A stretch of 56,861 nt of DNA, the filler included, from Thelocarpon superellum (Eukaryota), in the NCBI GenBank assembly GCA_026025795.1. It is 3 parts of 3 records of this genome, joined end to end, with 100 filler letters (N's around TTAATTAATTAA, not from the genome) between each part and the next. Parts side by side here need not be neighbours in the genome. Positions count along the whole stretch, not along the records: positions 1 to 18,996 come from JAPEUG010000353.1; 2 more parts are not named here. The stretch is one strand, 5' to 3'. Within the stretch, counting starts at the first letter, position 1; each line of letters opens with the position of its first letter. The translations under genes and the position numbers were made by a program. This document shows, one piece after another, positions 1 to 12,900 of this stretch. The notes under the pieces are model-generated. The model saw nothing but the letters and a program-made list of their open reading frames with translations, searched no databases and was not told the DNA's origin.

Positions 1-159
1 ACGCGAGGGGCAACGATTGGCGAAGAGCTGCAAGCAAAGTTGACGGAGGGGAAGACGCGGCGGAGGCAGAGCACCGAACACCGATTGGGAGAGCTCCATG
101 CTGAACAAGCCGCATGCAGCAAAGGCGTGGAGACGGGCACGAAGAGCCCATGGTGCTGC

Positions 160-179
160 TCGGACGGTCCATCTTCCGA
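160..179. promoter_or_regulatory. Candidate Zn2Cys6 (AtrR-type) site TCGG-N12-CCGA upstream of the PDR transporter
   Basis: tcggacggtccatcttccga lies ~415 nt before the ATG. A TATA-like GATATAAAG is at ~477-485. Confidence 0.4.
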
Positions 180-594
180 TTGAGATGGACCAATCGAGCG
201 GCATCACTCTCCATACCACAAGGACTCCATCGTCGTCACCCAGCGAGGCGACCCGGAATCGAATGGCGCTACTGCGTGAATAATCGGACCTCACAGACCC
301 AAGGTTCCACCCCTCCCAAAGTTACCTCTGCTCTACGAGCATTTGCTCTTGCTCTTGCTCCGGCACCTCCACATCCGAGGAGTGATTGGTCCGTCTCGGA
401 TCAAGAGATTCATCCGTCTCGGATCAAACAGAAAAGGCGACGACAACGTGAGATCGCATCATTGTGCAGGCCAGCAGATATAAAGCTCAATCGACGCAAC
501 GTCGGCGGAGAGAAGTACATCGCGTGAGCAACAGCCCATCTGGAGGTGTCGTTGACCGCACATCGAGCCATTGAGTTACAATCAACCCGTAGCC

Positions 595-3500
595 ATGTCG
601 TCGGACCGGACGGACATTGATTCAGAGCCCTCGCCAGAGGCAATTGAACCGTCCGAGTCTCCCGGCGTGGAGAAAGTCCAGGAGAAGGACCAGGCTAGCC
701 GCACTGAGCGGTGGGAAACCCAAGCCGCCGAGCGCACCTTCGAGCCCATTCGGTCCGAGGACCGGGCCACCTTGATTCGTCTGGCATCGGAGCTCGAACA
801 GACGGCGTCCAATGCCTCGGGCAGCAACAGGCTCCGTCCCACCGTGACCCCACGCTCCTCCAACGCCCTCGAGCGCTTGAATCTACAGAGGATAGACACC
901 CTGGCTGGAGTCAGCCTTGATGATCCTGTCCTCGACCCCTCCCAGCCCGAGTTCGACGTGTACAAGTGGGCTCGCATGTTGTTCCGTCTGGCCAGCGAAG
1001 AGGGCATCCAGACCCGCCATGCCGGCGTCATCTTTCGCCACTTAAATGTCTCGGGGTCGGGATCAGCCTTGCACCTGCAATCCGACGTCACATCGGTGCT
1101 CATGGCCCCTTTGCGGCCGCGTGAATTCTTCCGCAGGGGGCCAGAGAAGCAGATTCTGCGAAACTTCGACGGCATCGTCCGGAGCGGAGAATTGCTCGTG
1201 GTCTTGGGCCGACCGGGGAGCGGCTGCTCCACCCTGCTCAAAGCCCTCACCGGCGAGATGAAGGGGCTGCACCTCGATCCGGGGACACTCATACACTACA
1301 ACGGCATCCCCCAGCAGCGGATGCTCAAGAACTTCAAGGGCGAGGTCGTGTACAATCAAGAGGTCGACAAGCACTTCCCCCACCTGACCGTGGGCGAGAC
1401 CATTGAATTCGCCGCCACCGTCCGGGCGCCCCACCGACGCCTTCTTCATGCCACGCGCAAACAGTGGACCAAGCATTTCTCACAGGTCGTCATGGCCGTC
1501 TTTGGTCTGACGCACACCTACAATACCAAGGTCGGGAACGACTTCGTGCGTGGCGTGTCCGGGGGGGAGCGGAAGCGGGTGAGCATCGCCGAGATGGCGG
1601 TGGCCGGGAGCCCACTCGGCGCATGGTGAGTCGTGGCATCGTCGCGCGCGGACCACCCTGACGCCATCCGACAGGGACAATTCCACCCGCGGCTTGGATG
1701 CCGCCACGGCCCTCGAGTTCGTCAAGAGCTTGCGCATGATGGCCAACTTGGGCGGGAGCTGCCACGCGGTGGCCATATACCAGGCCTCACAAGCCATCTA
1801 CGAGCAGTTTGACAAGGCCATCGTGCTCTACGAAGGCCGAGAGATCTTCTTTGGCTACGCCGCCGCGGCCAAAGGGTACTTTGAGGACATGGGATGGTTC
1901 TGTCCCGCGCGGCAGACGACCGGCGATTTCCTCACCTCGGTCACCAATCCGGTCGAGCGTCGCGCCCGGGAAGGCTACGAGAGCCGCGTGCCGCGTACGC
2001 CCGATGAGTTTGAAAAGTACTGGAAGAACTCCTCGGCATATCGAGAGGTGCTCCAGGAGATGGACGACTACGAGGCCGAGTACCCGCTGGGAGGCGACAA
2101 GACCTTGTTCGAGTTCCGCGACAGTCGTCGGGCCATGCAAGCCAAACATGTGAGCCCCGAGTCGCCCTACACCATCAGCCTCCCCATGCAGGTCAAGGCC
2201 TGCACCAAACGTGCCTACCAGCGGCTGTGGAACGACAAGACCTCCACCGTCACCACCATCGTCGGCCAGATCGTCATGGCCCTGATCGTCGGGAGCGTCT
2301 TCTACAACGCCCCCAATACCACGGCCGCCTTCTTCCAAAAAGGCGGCGTGCTCTTCTTTGCCATTCTTCTCAATGCCCTCATCGCCATCACCGAGATCAA
2401 CGCTCTCTATGCCCAGCGGCCAATCGTCGAGAAGCATGCTTCGTATGCCTTCTACCACCCCTTCACCGAAGCCCTGGCCGGCATTGTGGCCGATGTTCCG
2501 GTCAAGTTTGCCATTGCCGTCTGCTTCAACATCATCCTCTACTTCCTCGCTGGCTTGCGGCAGACGCCCGGCGCCTTCTTCACCTTCTTCCTCTTCGCCT
2601 TCGTGTCCATCATGACCATGAGCATGGTCTTCCGCGGGATCGCGGCCTCGACCAAGACCATCTCCCAAGCCTTGGCCATCGCCGGCGTTACCGTGCTGAT
2701 CATCGTCATCTACACGGGCTTCGTGATTCCACGGCCGCTGATGCACCCGTAAGCGCGCAAGGGACCCCCGTGATCGAGGCAGGCTGACGGTCATAGCTGG
2801 TTCAAATGGCTCTCGTGGCTGAATCCCATTGCATATTCCTTTGAGGCCTTGTTCGTGAACGAGATGCACGGGCGGAGCTTTCCCTGTGCCTCGCTCGTTC
2901 CACCTTACCCGGGCCTCACCGGCGACACGTTCATCTGCGGTGGTGTACCGGGGGCCCAAGTGGGCCAGATGCTCGTGAGCGGGGACGCCTACCTCCAGGC
3001 CTCCTTTCAATATTCGTACAGTCACATCTGGCGAAATCTCGGCATCCTCGTTGCATTTCTGATCTTCTTCCTTGTCGTCTATCTCGTGGCGACTGAATTC
3101 AACTCGTTAAGTGCGAGCTCGGCCGAGGTGCTCGTCTTCCGCCGAGGTCATGTCCCCGCCTATATCCTACACGCCGACACGCAAGGGACGACGGTGGATG
3201 CGGAGACCAGCCCAGATGCGACCGCGGGGGCCGGGGCACAGCGTGCGCCGTCGGCCGAGGACGCAGCCAACGCCATCCCGCCACAGACCGAGATCTTCAC
3301 GTGGAGAAATGTCGAATATGACATCCAGATCCAGGGACAGCCGCGTCGGCTGCTGGATGGCGTCTCTGGGTGGGTGAAGCCGGGCACGTTGACGGCGCTG
3401 ATGGGCGTGTCGGGCGCCGGCAAGACGACGCTATTGGACGTGCTCGCCCAGCGCACCTCGATCGGCGTCATCCACGGCGACATGTTGGTCTCGGGCAAGC

Positions 3501-5247
3501 CCCTGGACGCCTCGTTTCAACGGAAGACGGGCTACGTGCAACAGCAGGATTTGCACCTGGAGACGACGACGGTCCGGGAGGCCCTCCGCTTTTCCGCGGC
3601 CCTGCGGCAGCCCAAGGGCGTGTCAAGGAAGGAGAAGGATGCCTTTGTCGAGGAGGTCATCAAGATGCTCAACATGGCCGACTTTGCCGAGGCCGTGGTG
3701 GGTGTGCCAGGTGAAGGACTGAATGTGGAGCAGCGGAAGCTGCTCACGATCGGGGTGGAGCTGGCGGCGAAGCCAGCCTTGCTGTTGTTCCTCGACGAGC
3801 CCACGTCAGGTCTGGATTCGCAGTCCTCCTGGGCCATCATCGCCTTCCTCCGCAAGCTCGCCGACCACGGCCAAGCCGTGTTGTCGACGATCCACCAGCC
3901 GTCGTCCATCCTCTTCCAGGAATTCGACCGCCTGCTCTTCCTCGCCAAAGGAGGACACACCGTCTACTTTGGCGAGATTGGCGACAACTCTCGCACCATG
4001 CTGGACTACTTTGAGCGCCACGGCGGACGGAAATGCGGAGACGAAGAGAACCCCGCCGAATACATGCTGGAGACGGTGGGCGCAGGCGCCAGCGGAAAGG
4101 CCACCATGGACTGGGCCGAGGTCTGGAAGGGCAGTGAGGAGTACACTGCCGTCCAACGCGAGCTAGATCGGATCCAACAGGACATGGGTGGCAAGCACGT
4201 CGCCACGGACGAGGATGCATCCGCACACTCCGAGTTTGCCGTGCCCTTTACCACCCAGCTGATGGAGGTGACGATCCGCGTCTTCCAGCAATACTGGCGA
4301 ACACCCGCGTACATCTGGGCCAAACTGCTGCTCGGGGTCGCGTCGGCCCTCTTCATCGGCTTCTCCTTCTTCCAGGCCAACAGCACGGAACAGGGCCTGC
4401 AAGACGTCATCTTTGGCATCTTCATGTTGTGCTCCATCTTGACCACCCTGGTGCAACAGGCTCGTCTCACCCGTGAACCTGACCGACCCAAGGCTGACCC
4501 GCGCAGATCATGCCTCGCTTTGTGACCCAACGTGCGTTGTACGAAGTGCGGGAGCGACCGTCCAAGGCATACTCGTGGGCGGCGTTCCTCATCGCCAACA
4601 TTGCCGTCGAGATCCCCTACCAGATCTTGCTGGGCATTCTCGTCTTTGCGTCTTTCTACTTCCCCATCTTTGGCGCGGGCCAATCGCCAGATCGCCAGGG
4701 GCTGATCCTCCTGTTGATTGTGCAGTTCTTCGTCTTCGCCTCGACCTACGCCCAGCTCTGCATCTCGGCGCTCCCAGATGCCCAGACCGCCGGAAACATC
4801 GCCACGTTGATGTTCTCGCTCTCTCTCACCTTCAACGGCGTCTTCCAGCCACCGCAGGCGCTCCCCGGCTTCTGGATCTTCATGTACCGTGTGTCACCGC
4901 TGACGTACTTTGTCGACGGCATCGCGGCCACCGGGCTCTCAGGCCGCCCCATCACCTGTTCCAGCGCGGAACTGGCCGTTTTCCAGCCCCTGCCGGGCCA
5001 CACCTGCGGCCAATACCTGCAGGCGTACCTGAGCAAAGCGCCAGGGTCCCTCTACAATCCCAACGCAACCAGCAACTGCGAGTACTGCACATTAAGCAAC
5101 ACGGACCAATTCTTGGCTGGCTCCGCCATCGAATACAGCCAGCGGTGGCGCAACTACGGCATCGGCTTTGCCTATATCATTTTCAATGTCGTTGGCGCCA
5201 CCACGCTGTATTACGTCTTTCGTGTGCGTAAGTGGGGGAAGAACTAG
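595..5247 (+). CDS. Pleiotropic drug resistance (PDR/ABCG) full-size ABC transporter, Cdr1/AtrB-like; 4 exons (595-1625, 1675-2748, 2797-4459, 4507-5247)
   Basis: NBD1 Walker [10 protein letters not shown], signature [13 protein letters not shown] and WDNSTRGLD (restored across intron 1). NBD2 [27 protein letters not shown]. Two hydrophobic TMDs. Removing the 47-49 nt introns joins the ORFs in frame. Confidence 0.97.
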
Positions 5248-5559
5248 GATGAGACGCGGGCGGAAAAAAGTCCGATGTCAATGTCCGGCTAGGATACTAG
5301 CCATGCGAGCAGCAGGTATAAAAATGGGGCAAAAAGCACCCGCAAGGAGTAGGCGAACGAACCGTGGGAAAGGTGCGCTGCGCTGCGCTCCTAAGCTCCA
5401 TATTCAAACCAGAGGAGGCAGGATAGTGGGGAGAGCAACGACTATGATGCACGGATCGACAGATGTTCATATTAACACCGGCTACTATTGTGCGTGTCCT
5501 GGGCCTTTTGGAATTTGCGTCACATGACATGGCTGCCCCTTGTGACTGTGTCTTTGTAT

Positions 5560-5696
5560 TGACGCACCCCGGTTTATTGCACGGAAGATGGGTGGTTTCA
5601 GCTACGGAAGCTATCCGCCGTTCTAATATACAGCTATTGTGGGTCACGTGAGCCGGCTTACTCAGAAGCCTCAAGCTCCCCTATGGAGCCTCCACA
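5560..5696. mobile_element. Solo-LTR-like dispersed repeat, copy 1 (137 bp)
   Basis: Begins TGACGCACC and ends CCTCCACA. Flanked by the 4-bp direct repeat GTAT/GTAT. Clearly homologous to 38994-39128 and 56694-56738. Confidence 0.75.
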
Positions 5697-6508
5697 GTAT
5701 CTATTCGCTCCTCGTTCACTACCGAGTCCATATCTCGCTTTCCCACTGGGACGTATCACGAGATCACGGGACGCAGACGGGAAGCGCGTCAAAGCGGGAC
5801 TATGACTGAAGCCAACCAGTGACGTCACGCAGGCCTTCCTTTTGACACTGGGGCGATTGGCAGACTCCACCGCCTCAGCGTCCGGCGACTCGCTCCGCGA
5901 GACCTCCGTCACGTCGGCCCCGTCTTGCACGACGCCAGTCACAGATCGGGAGCCGGTCTCGAGGTCGCAAGGCGCCGAGCTGCTCTCCGGACCCTCTGGT
6001 TCCACGGCGACGTCTTCCGTCTCGGGAGCCACGGCGGGGGTGTCGTCGTCGGCGCGAGCAACGCTAGCAGCGGGGCGGCCGCCGTCCAGCAGCGCGCGAA
6101 AGACGGCATCGGCACCAAAGGCGGCCTCCAGTCGCGCGAGGAAGCCACGGGCGACGAGCACACCGGGGGCGGGAGAAGGAGACGAAGAGCGAGGAGTCGA
6201 GATGCGACGGGGCGCGCGGCGAGCCCGTTGCGCGCACGCACAACGTGGGCGGGATTCCTGCGACTATGAGTATCCATCTCTGGGCTGCTCCTGACTAGAG
6301 TCCGGACCGGTCGACGTACCTGAATGGCGAGGGTGGGGCCGGCGTTCACGATGATGACGTCGCCGGTGTGGACGCGGATAATCGTCCTTTGCTGCCGCTG
6401 CTCGTGCTGCTGGGGTCGGTCGCGTCGGCGCGGGGGCGTGGGGGGGATGGCGCAGGCGGTGGTTGGATGGCCTCGGCACCGGCAGTTGGAACAACGTCGT
6501 CGAGTCAT
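5658..6508 (-). CDS. Hypothetical protein with N-terminal CCHC zinc knuckle; 2 exons (6508-6320, 6257-5658)
   Basis: MTRRR-CSNCRCRGHPTTAC matches CX2CX4HX4C. A 62-nt GTACGT...CAG intron joins it in frame to the 5658-6161 ORF. Confidence 0.5.
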
Positions 6509-7238
6509 CGTGTCTTTTTGGGCGGCACGCTGGTAGAGGAGAGCCAAGGAGATGAGAAGAGAGGGATGGCTCTGAGCGTGCGGGGAACAGAGAAAGAGGT
6601 GAGGGGGAGAGTGAGAGGTCGTGGTGTGTCGTTGGCCTCAGTGTCAACAAAAGCGTCTGGTGACTCTTTGGTTCGCTGGGATTGCCCAGTGCGCGTGTGA
6701 ACGCTCTGCTCGGTGGTCGACGGCTGTCTCACTTCTCACTTCTCACCTCGTCTGTGCATGTACCTCATTTCAGCACCATCACCTTTGGATTAATTTATGA
6801 ATTATGATTACATCCACGTCCTCCTTAAAAGGGAACTGTATAAGATAGGAGAGGGAAGGATGGGATAGAGGGTGGATGAAGGGAGAGTAGGACCTGAGCC
6901 GTGTTCATCAGGTCAACAGGTCAAAGGTGAGTGATGGTGTCGAACATCGCGTCCGGATCCGCCAGGTGCGACCGGTGGAAGAAAGCAAGAAAAGCCGAAA
7001 CAGAGAAGAGTCTATGGGGTGCTCGCTCCATCGCCCTTGCCCCCGCCATCACCGAGACAAAGATCACGCCCAGCATCATGTATCGAGAGAACAAGATCAA
7101 GTCTGGAGATAAGCCGCGTCCCTACTCAGAAACCCTCCTGCCGCAATCGCCGAGTGAGATGAGAAGAAAAATCGTCATGGACCGCGTGGCCCGCGTCTAT
7201 GGAAGATGAGAGAAAGAGGAACAGCTGATGGGGCCAGA

Positions 7239-9969
7239 TCAGAAGGAAAAGGTCATCAAGGCCGGGTTGAGGGCGATGGGCAGCAGCAGATGGCTGACGG
7301 TGACCGTCGCCATGGGAAGGATGGCGACAAAGTCGGTGATGCGCCACATGGGAGGGATAAAGGTTCCCAGCGCCATCACGATCATGCCGATGATGCCAAA
7401 CATGGAAAAGGCAAAGGAGAATTTGAAGCGCTTCAGCACCTTGGGCACCTCGATGAAGAAGTTGGAAAACTCAAACTCCTTCGCCGTCGCGCCCCACGTC
7501 ATGTTGATCTCGAACATGTGCGACAGCAGCGCTTGCGACACGTGGAGCGACAAGCCACCGAGGAAGATGGCCAGCATGAGGACCCACTTGAAGTTCTCCA
7601 TCACTGTCGACCCGTTAGCGCACGCGTCACCACGCGCAGCGAGAGGAAGGAGTCACATACAGGCAAACCAGAACGATCGCTCGCCCGTCCGGTACCGCAT
7701 GACGGCCAAGGCGATGTTGCCCAGGCCATTGAAGACGATGACGATGGAGAACCACACCTTCCACGAGTCGATGTAATACTGGTCGAGGTACCCGTTGAAC
7801 CAGCCGACGGCAAAATAGTTGGCCGTCGTCAGGATCCACGCGGCGCCGATGGCGTAGTACGTGCCGATGTAGGAGATGATGGTGATCTTGGACGTGAAGC
7901 GGATGTTGGAGAAGAGGAAGCGGCGGAAGAGCTCGGTAAAAGGGCCACGCACGGGCCAGAGGCGCATGGGGTGGAAGAGCAACTCGTTGCAGCCGTAGGC
8001 GTACTTTTCCCACCGGGCCAGCTCGTCGTACACGGTGAGCGACACGCCCTCCTTGAAGCCCTCGCCGGCCCACGCCGCCAGCCGGATGATGTACCCGTTC
8101 ACCTGCAGCCGGAGCGACATGTCGAAATCTTCCGACACGTGCGACTCGGACCAGAACTTCTCGTAGCCATCGTCGTCCTCGTACGACACCTGTTGGATGG
8201 CGGACCAGCGGAGGATGGCATTGTGGCCGACAAAGGGCGCCACGTCACCGTTCGACACTGTGTATCGGATGGCGGTGTAGATGAGATTGGTGAAGAAGGT
8301 GATGCCGTTCTCAAAGTACGTGTTGACGACCTGCATGACGCCCGAGGAGAATTGCATGATGCCGACGTCGAGGGACTGCTCCATCTCGCTCGCCGCGTCC
8401 AGCAGACAGTCCACCGGCACACGCGTGTCCGAGTCGATCAAGAGGATGTAGTCGCCGATGCGAATGTTCCCGTCGGCCCACGCGCGGCCCTCCTCCTCGA
8501 GCACCTCCTTGAGGCAGCGATCGTACTCGACCGCCTCGTCGTGTTGCTTCCAGTCGTCGGGACGATCGATAAGCGCGAGCTTCTCCTCGACCTTGCACGA
8601 GATGTTGAGACCATAGTTCATGTTCGAGGCCTTCTTGAACTTGCCGCGGCGCTGGAAGCCGTCCACCCCGTGCTTCGGCCGACCGACCCATCCGATGTTG
8701 TGATCGGCGTAGAACTCGATCCGCTCGTTGCGATCGGCCTCGCTGATGAGCTGGATGCCGTCATCATTGATGAACATGTTGGCCGACCCGCCCTGCAGCT
8801 CGTAGGTCGAGATGGCTTGCTTGATGGAGCGAACGGTCGGTGCGATGACCGAGTGCAGGCCCTCCTTGTACACCGGGCACTGGATGGTGACGTGGGGCAG
8901 GCTGACGTCGCGGAGGCGGGCCGGCGGCTGGGCCGAGTAGAACCGGGAATTGGTCTCCATCTGCTTGACAGGGCCGATGCACTGCGCCGTGCAGCCGACG
9001 ATGACCTGCGCAAAGAAGAGGGTGAAGAAGACTTGCACGGGCGTCAGGAGGAGGAACCCGAGGCGGATGTACGAGTGGTCGACCGCCACCTCGATGGCGA
9101 TCTCGCGGAAGCCGGCGCCGAGCACCGTGACGATGAGGATGAGGGTGAAAGCGACGAGGATCGTGTTCAGCAGATGCGTCGGTCGCGCCTCCGGCACGAT
9201 CTCGCCGCTCTCCGGATCCAACTCGACCTCGGTGACGCGTGCCCCCTTCTTCTCGCCCGCCGGGTCCTCCTCCATGGGCTGGCCCTGGCTCCAGACCAGA
9301 TGCATGAGCTCACTCTCAATCTGCTTGGCGCGGGTGATGACATGCATGGCATCATCGTCCCACACGACCAAGATGCCCTCGTCCGCCACAAAGGCGGCGA
9401 ACTGATGCTTGCGGGCCCGCGTCAGATCGCTGATGGTCGGCACGATCTGGATGCGGAGCCCATTCTGCAACGGAACGTCCACCGCGTCGGGCGACCAATG
9501 CAGGAAGGTCTTGATGACGCGCGAATTGACCGTCATAGCGACCTGTGGTGGGAGCATCAGCATCGGCACAGGCGGCCACGGGATGCCTTGCGTCACTCAC
9601 ATGTACGTTCAACACCGAGCAGGCGCGAAGGAACTCGGAGCTGGCCAGGTCTGGCGGGCAGGCCATGTAGTTGCCACGGCTCTTGCGGAGAAGCACACCC
9701 TCAAGATGACCACTCTGGTCGCTCACCCACATCTGACTGCACTGTTGCTGGTAGAGATAGTTGACCATGACCTCGTGCTTGATGTCTTCCATGTGCGAGC
9801 TCTGAAAGGACCGGCCGGAGATGGAATTCCGCGACGAGCCGACGGCGGGCGTCGACAGGAGGTCCGGATCCATGGCGGGATTGGTGATGACGGGCGCCGG
9901 TTTCTCCATGGCCACGCTCGCGGGCTCCGCGGGCGCGCCTTTGGACTTGAAGTAGTTCTTGAACCCCAT
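7239..9969 (-). CDS. Processive family-2 glycosyltransferase (cellulose-synthase-like membrane polysaccharide synthase); 3 exons (9969-9601, 9542-7661, 7603-7239)
   Basis: Motifs QCPVYKE, NDDG, KKASNMN, IDSD, SEDF and ELARW (at the QxxRW position). TM helices lie before and after the catalytic domain. GT-AG introns of 57-58 nt keep the frame. Confidence 0.9.
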
Positions 9970-12900
9970 GGTGGATGGGGAGAATTAGAGGTGGATCGAG
10001 GCAGGGGAAGTAGGCTGGTAGCGACGGTTCGTGGAGCGAGTGTCGAGGAGAAACAGCGTGACCTCACTTGCTGTTCATCAAGTCGACGGCCGATGACGGA
10101 GCCCGATGGGCGTCAACGGGGGACTGCACGAGGTCAATATCGGTGATGGAGAGACGGGGGGAGGTCGGGACCAGGAACGGACCTTGATGAGTCCCGCGAT
10201 GGAGCGGACGTTGATCCGTGGCCGATGATCACAGGATCAAGACAGCATCTATAAGGAGAGGAAGGCAATGCAGGATGAAACGATTGTGTGGATGGAGAGG
10301 GTGTGGCAGGAGGTATATCCTCCTGGCCATGAGGTGAGCAGCGCGGTGGTCTGGGCGGCGGACGCTCCACGGAGGACCGTGTGGTGGAACACAGCGTGCG
10401 TCCCGACGTCCGTGGGTGGGCGCTGCGTCGCGGCCGCCAAGGACCCGACGAGCCTCCCGGTGCGTCAAACGATGGCGACTATCGCCGATGGCTACGTAGG
10501 GGTGGGTGTGGGTGTGGGCGCGCGGGACGAGCGCTGCCCGCTGCGGTTCGGTGGAGATTGATGACTGGCGCGAGTCCGGGCGGTGCAGGCCTCGCCGAGC
10601 TCCTGGCCCCGACCCTGGCCCGGGCCCTGGCGCACCCCACGCTCCCGGTTCACGGCCAGCGAAGCACGCACGAGCGAGCACGAGCCCCTACGAAAGCCCC
10701 AGCCAAGCGAGTGGGTCGGGAGGCAGCGTGGTCGGGAGGCGCAGGGCAAGGAACAGCGAACAAACGCAGCCGGAAAAAAAAACGACGCCAGTTTCACCCT
10801 CGCCACAATAGGAAACCCAGCCAAGGTCTAGTCGCGCGATGGCTCTGTTTTGGGCGGCGCGGACATGAATAGGGACAGGACTGATTGGGATGGCGACCCA
10901 CTAAAGGTGCTCCCCGGCCGGCTCCCGGGGACAAAAGGGAGTGGGGGGGGCCTGGATAACAAGACAGCTGCGATTATGCGTGCTGCACCGTCGGGGAGCA
11001 GGGGACGAGGGTGCCGACGCCAGGCCGGGACCCTGGCACGCAGCAGGGAATATCCCCAGTGACGCAGGCGGACCAGGAGACTCGGATCAAGGCGCGCGGC
11101 CTGGACCGGCCACGACCATACAGCATGGGCCATCACGTCGTTCCTGAAGGAACGTGGCGGTAGGAGGCTCGCCGCGAGACGCCGACGTCCAGATCGGCGC
11201 AGACGGAGGTCGAGCGCGACTAAGCTGGATTGGGCGACGCTGGTCCGCGCTATCGACTTCGACCAGGTTCGTGCAGGCGCGCCCTGAAGCCAGGCCGGAA
11301 CGCTTGCGTAGCGCCAACCTTGCGACCCCATGCTATCTCGCTTGCGGGTGCGCCCCTGTCCATCAAGCAGCCGGCTTTTCGTCGGGTGGTGACATGACAA
11401 CTCGTCCCTTGTGCCAGCACGAGCACACCCGCCGGGTCCCCCCGCCCGCCCACCACCTGCCGCGCGACTGCACGTCTGTGAGACCCGACCGTACCGGACG
11501 ATATCGTGGCCCAGGCAGGCAGGTCGTACGCGGTGCCACGCCGGTCCCCACCGCCGGGATGGCGTCCACGGCCGGCAGCCTCCCCGTCCGAGAGGACCCG
11601 GCGAGCCCCGTCATCGGGGCTGGATCTCGCGGCGGCACCCATTGTCGCACCGCGCGTGCCTGTGCAAGGTGAGATTCTGGCCGGGTCCAGCTGCCGGACG
11701 CGGCTCTCGTGGCTGGCTGAGCGGACCAGCAATCGCGACGGAATGGCCGTGCATTAATTGGTCAGAATTGCAAGGGAGAGCGGTCGTGGACGATCGACTC
11801 CGATCTGTGCTAGACACCACCTTCGTCCCATGACTGGTACAAGTCCTCGTCCTTGTACTCGGAGTCACGGTCGGGAGCCCCATCCGACTCTCTGACTAAC
11901 GCGATTACCGGTACGGGGAGGGGGCCGGCGGGGAATGGTACGACGGTACGACGGTCCGAGTACTCAAGGCTCCGGGGCTTGTGGGGGCCTGGGTGTGCAA
12001 GACGCGCGCCGCAGTAGCGAGCGAGGAGGACTGGGGAAACGGACGAGAGACGTCAGGACAGCAGGCAGGAGAAGTTTCGCTTAGAGGATAAGGGTGGCGG
12101 GAGAAACAACAAGGAAGACATCCCGGCGCCAAGATCCTTGCGCGCATCATCTCCCTGCCGCTGCTCGCCAACGACGATGACTAGTCCGCGTGCGAGTCCT
12201 CCGTAGAACACCATTTATTGCGGGCACGAGTGCTCGTACGGTGCCGACACCTGCATCTGCCGTTACATCGCCGCCGAGAGGGTGGGGCGCCAGCGAAGTA
12301 ATGCGACCGATGCTATTTCGGGCGAACCTCTGATGCCCCCCCCCCTTCACCACCGAGGTGCGTGCGGGCGTTTGAGCGTCGTGCACACACACCCGGCAGA
12401 GGATACAAGTAGGGGGGTTTCGCTCAACAAATTCAACGTCATCTGCGACTACTGCAGGAAGACGTGGTGGCAAATCCTTGCTCCCATTGTTCTCGGTCCC
12501 ACACTGAAACCTGCCGATCGAGCGCCCCAGCTAGAGCTCGACCACTACGCGGCGGTCGGTGCCCCACTATGTGGAAACCACTATGTGGAAAACGCGGTGC
12601 AGAAACGGAGTCGCCGGTGCGTCGCCCTGACCTGGCCATCGTGCGGATGGGACGCGACGACCAGCGTGGCACGGTTCGCCCGCAGGTACCGCGCACGGGT
12701 CGTCTCGATCGAGACGATTTCACAGGATCACGGGGTCGATGGTGGTCAGAGTGATGATGGTAGTACAAGGTCTTGTACCATATTCGTAAGCAGAGAGCGG
12801 CGGGCTCGAGCGCTCCATGGCGCGCCGGGAGGTGCACAGAGGAAATGAGAAAGGCGTGGCTCAGCACGCCACCACCAGGTCCGCTCCTTCAGTAGTGGCG

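Noticed and set aside
5560..5696. Dispersed ~136-bp repeat considered as 5S rRNA or tRNA
   Set aside because: It has no 5S conserved blocks or terminal stem and no tRNA cloverleaf or T-loop. The TG..CA ends and target duplications favour a mobile element.
7206..9764. 852-aa plus-strand ORF
   Set aside because: Antisense shadow of the GT2 gene caused by high GC3. It has no domain motifs. The same applies to most long overlapping ORFs in the track (e.g. 1787-3025, 14421-15173, 54767-55726).
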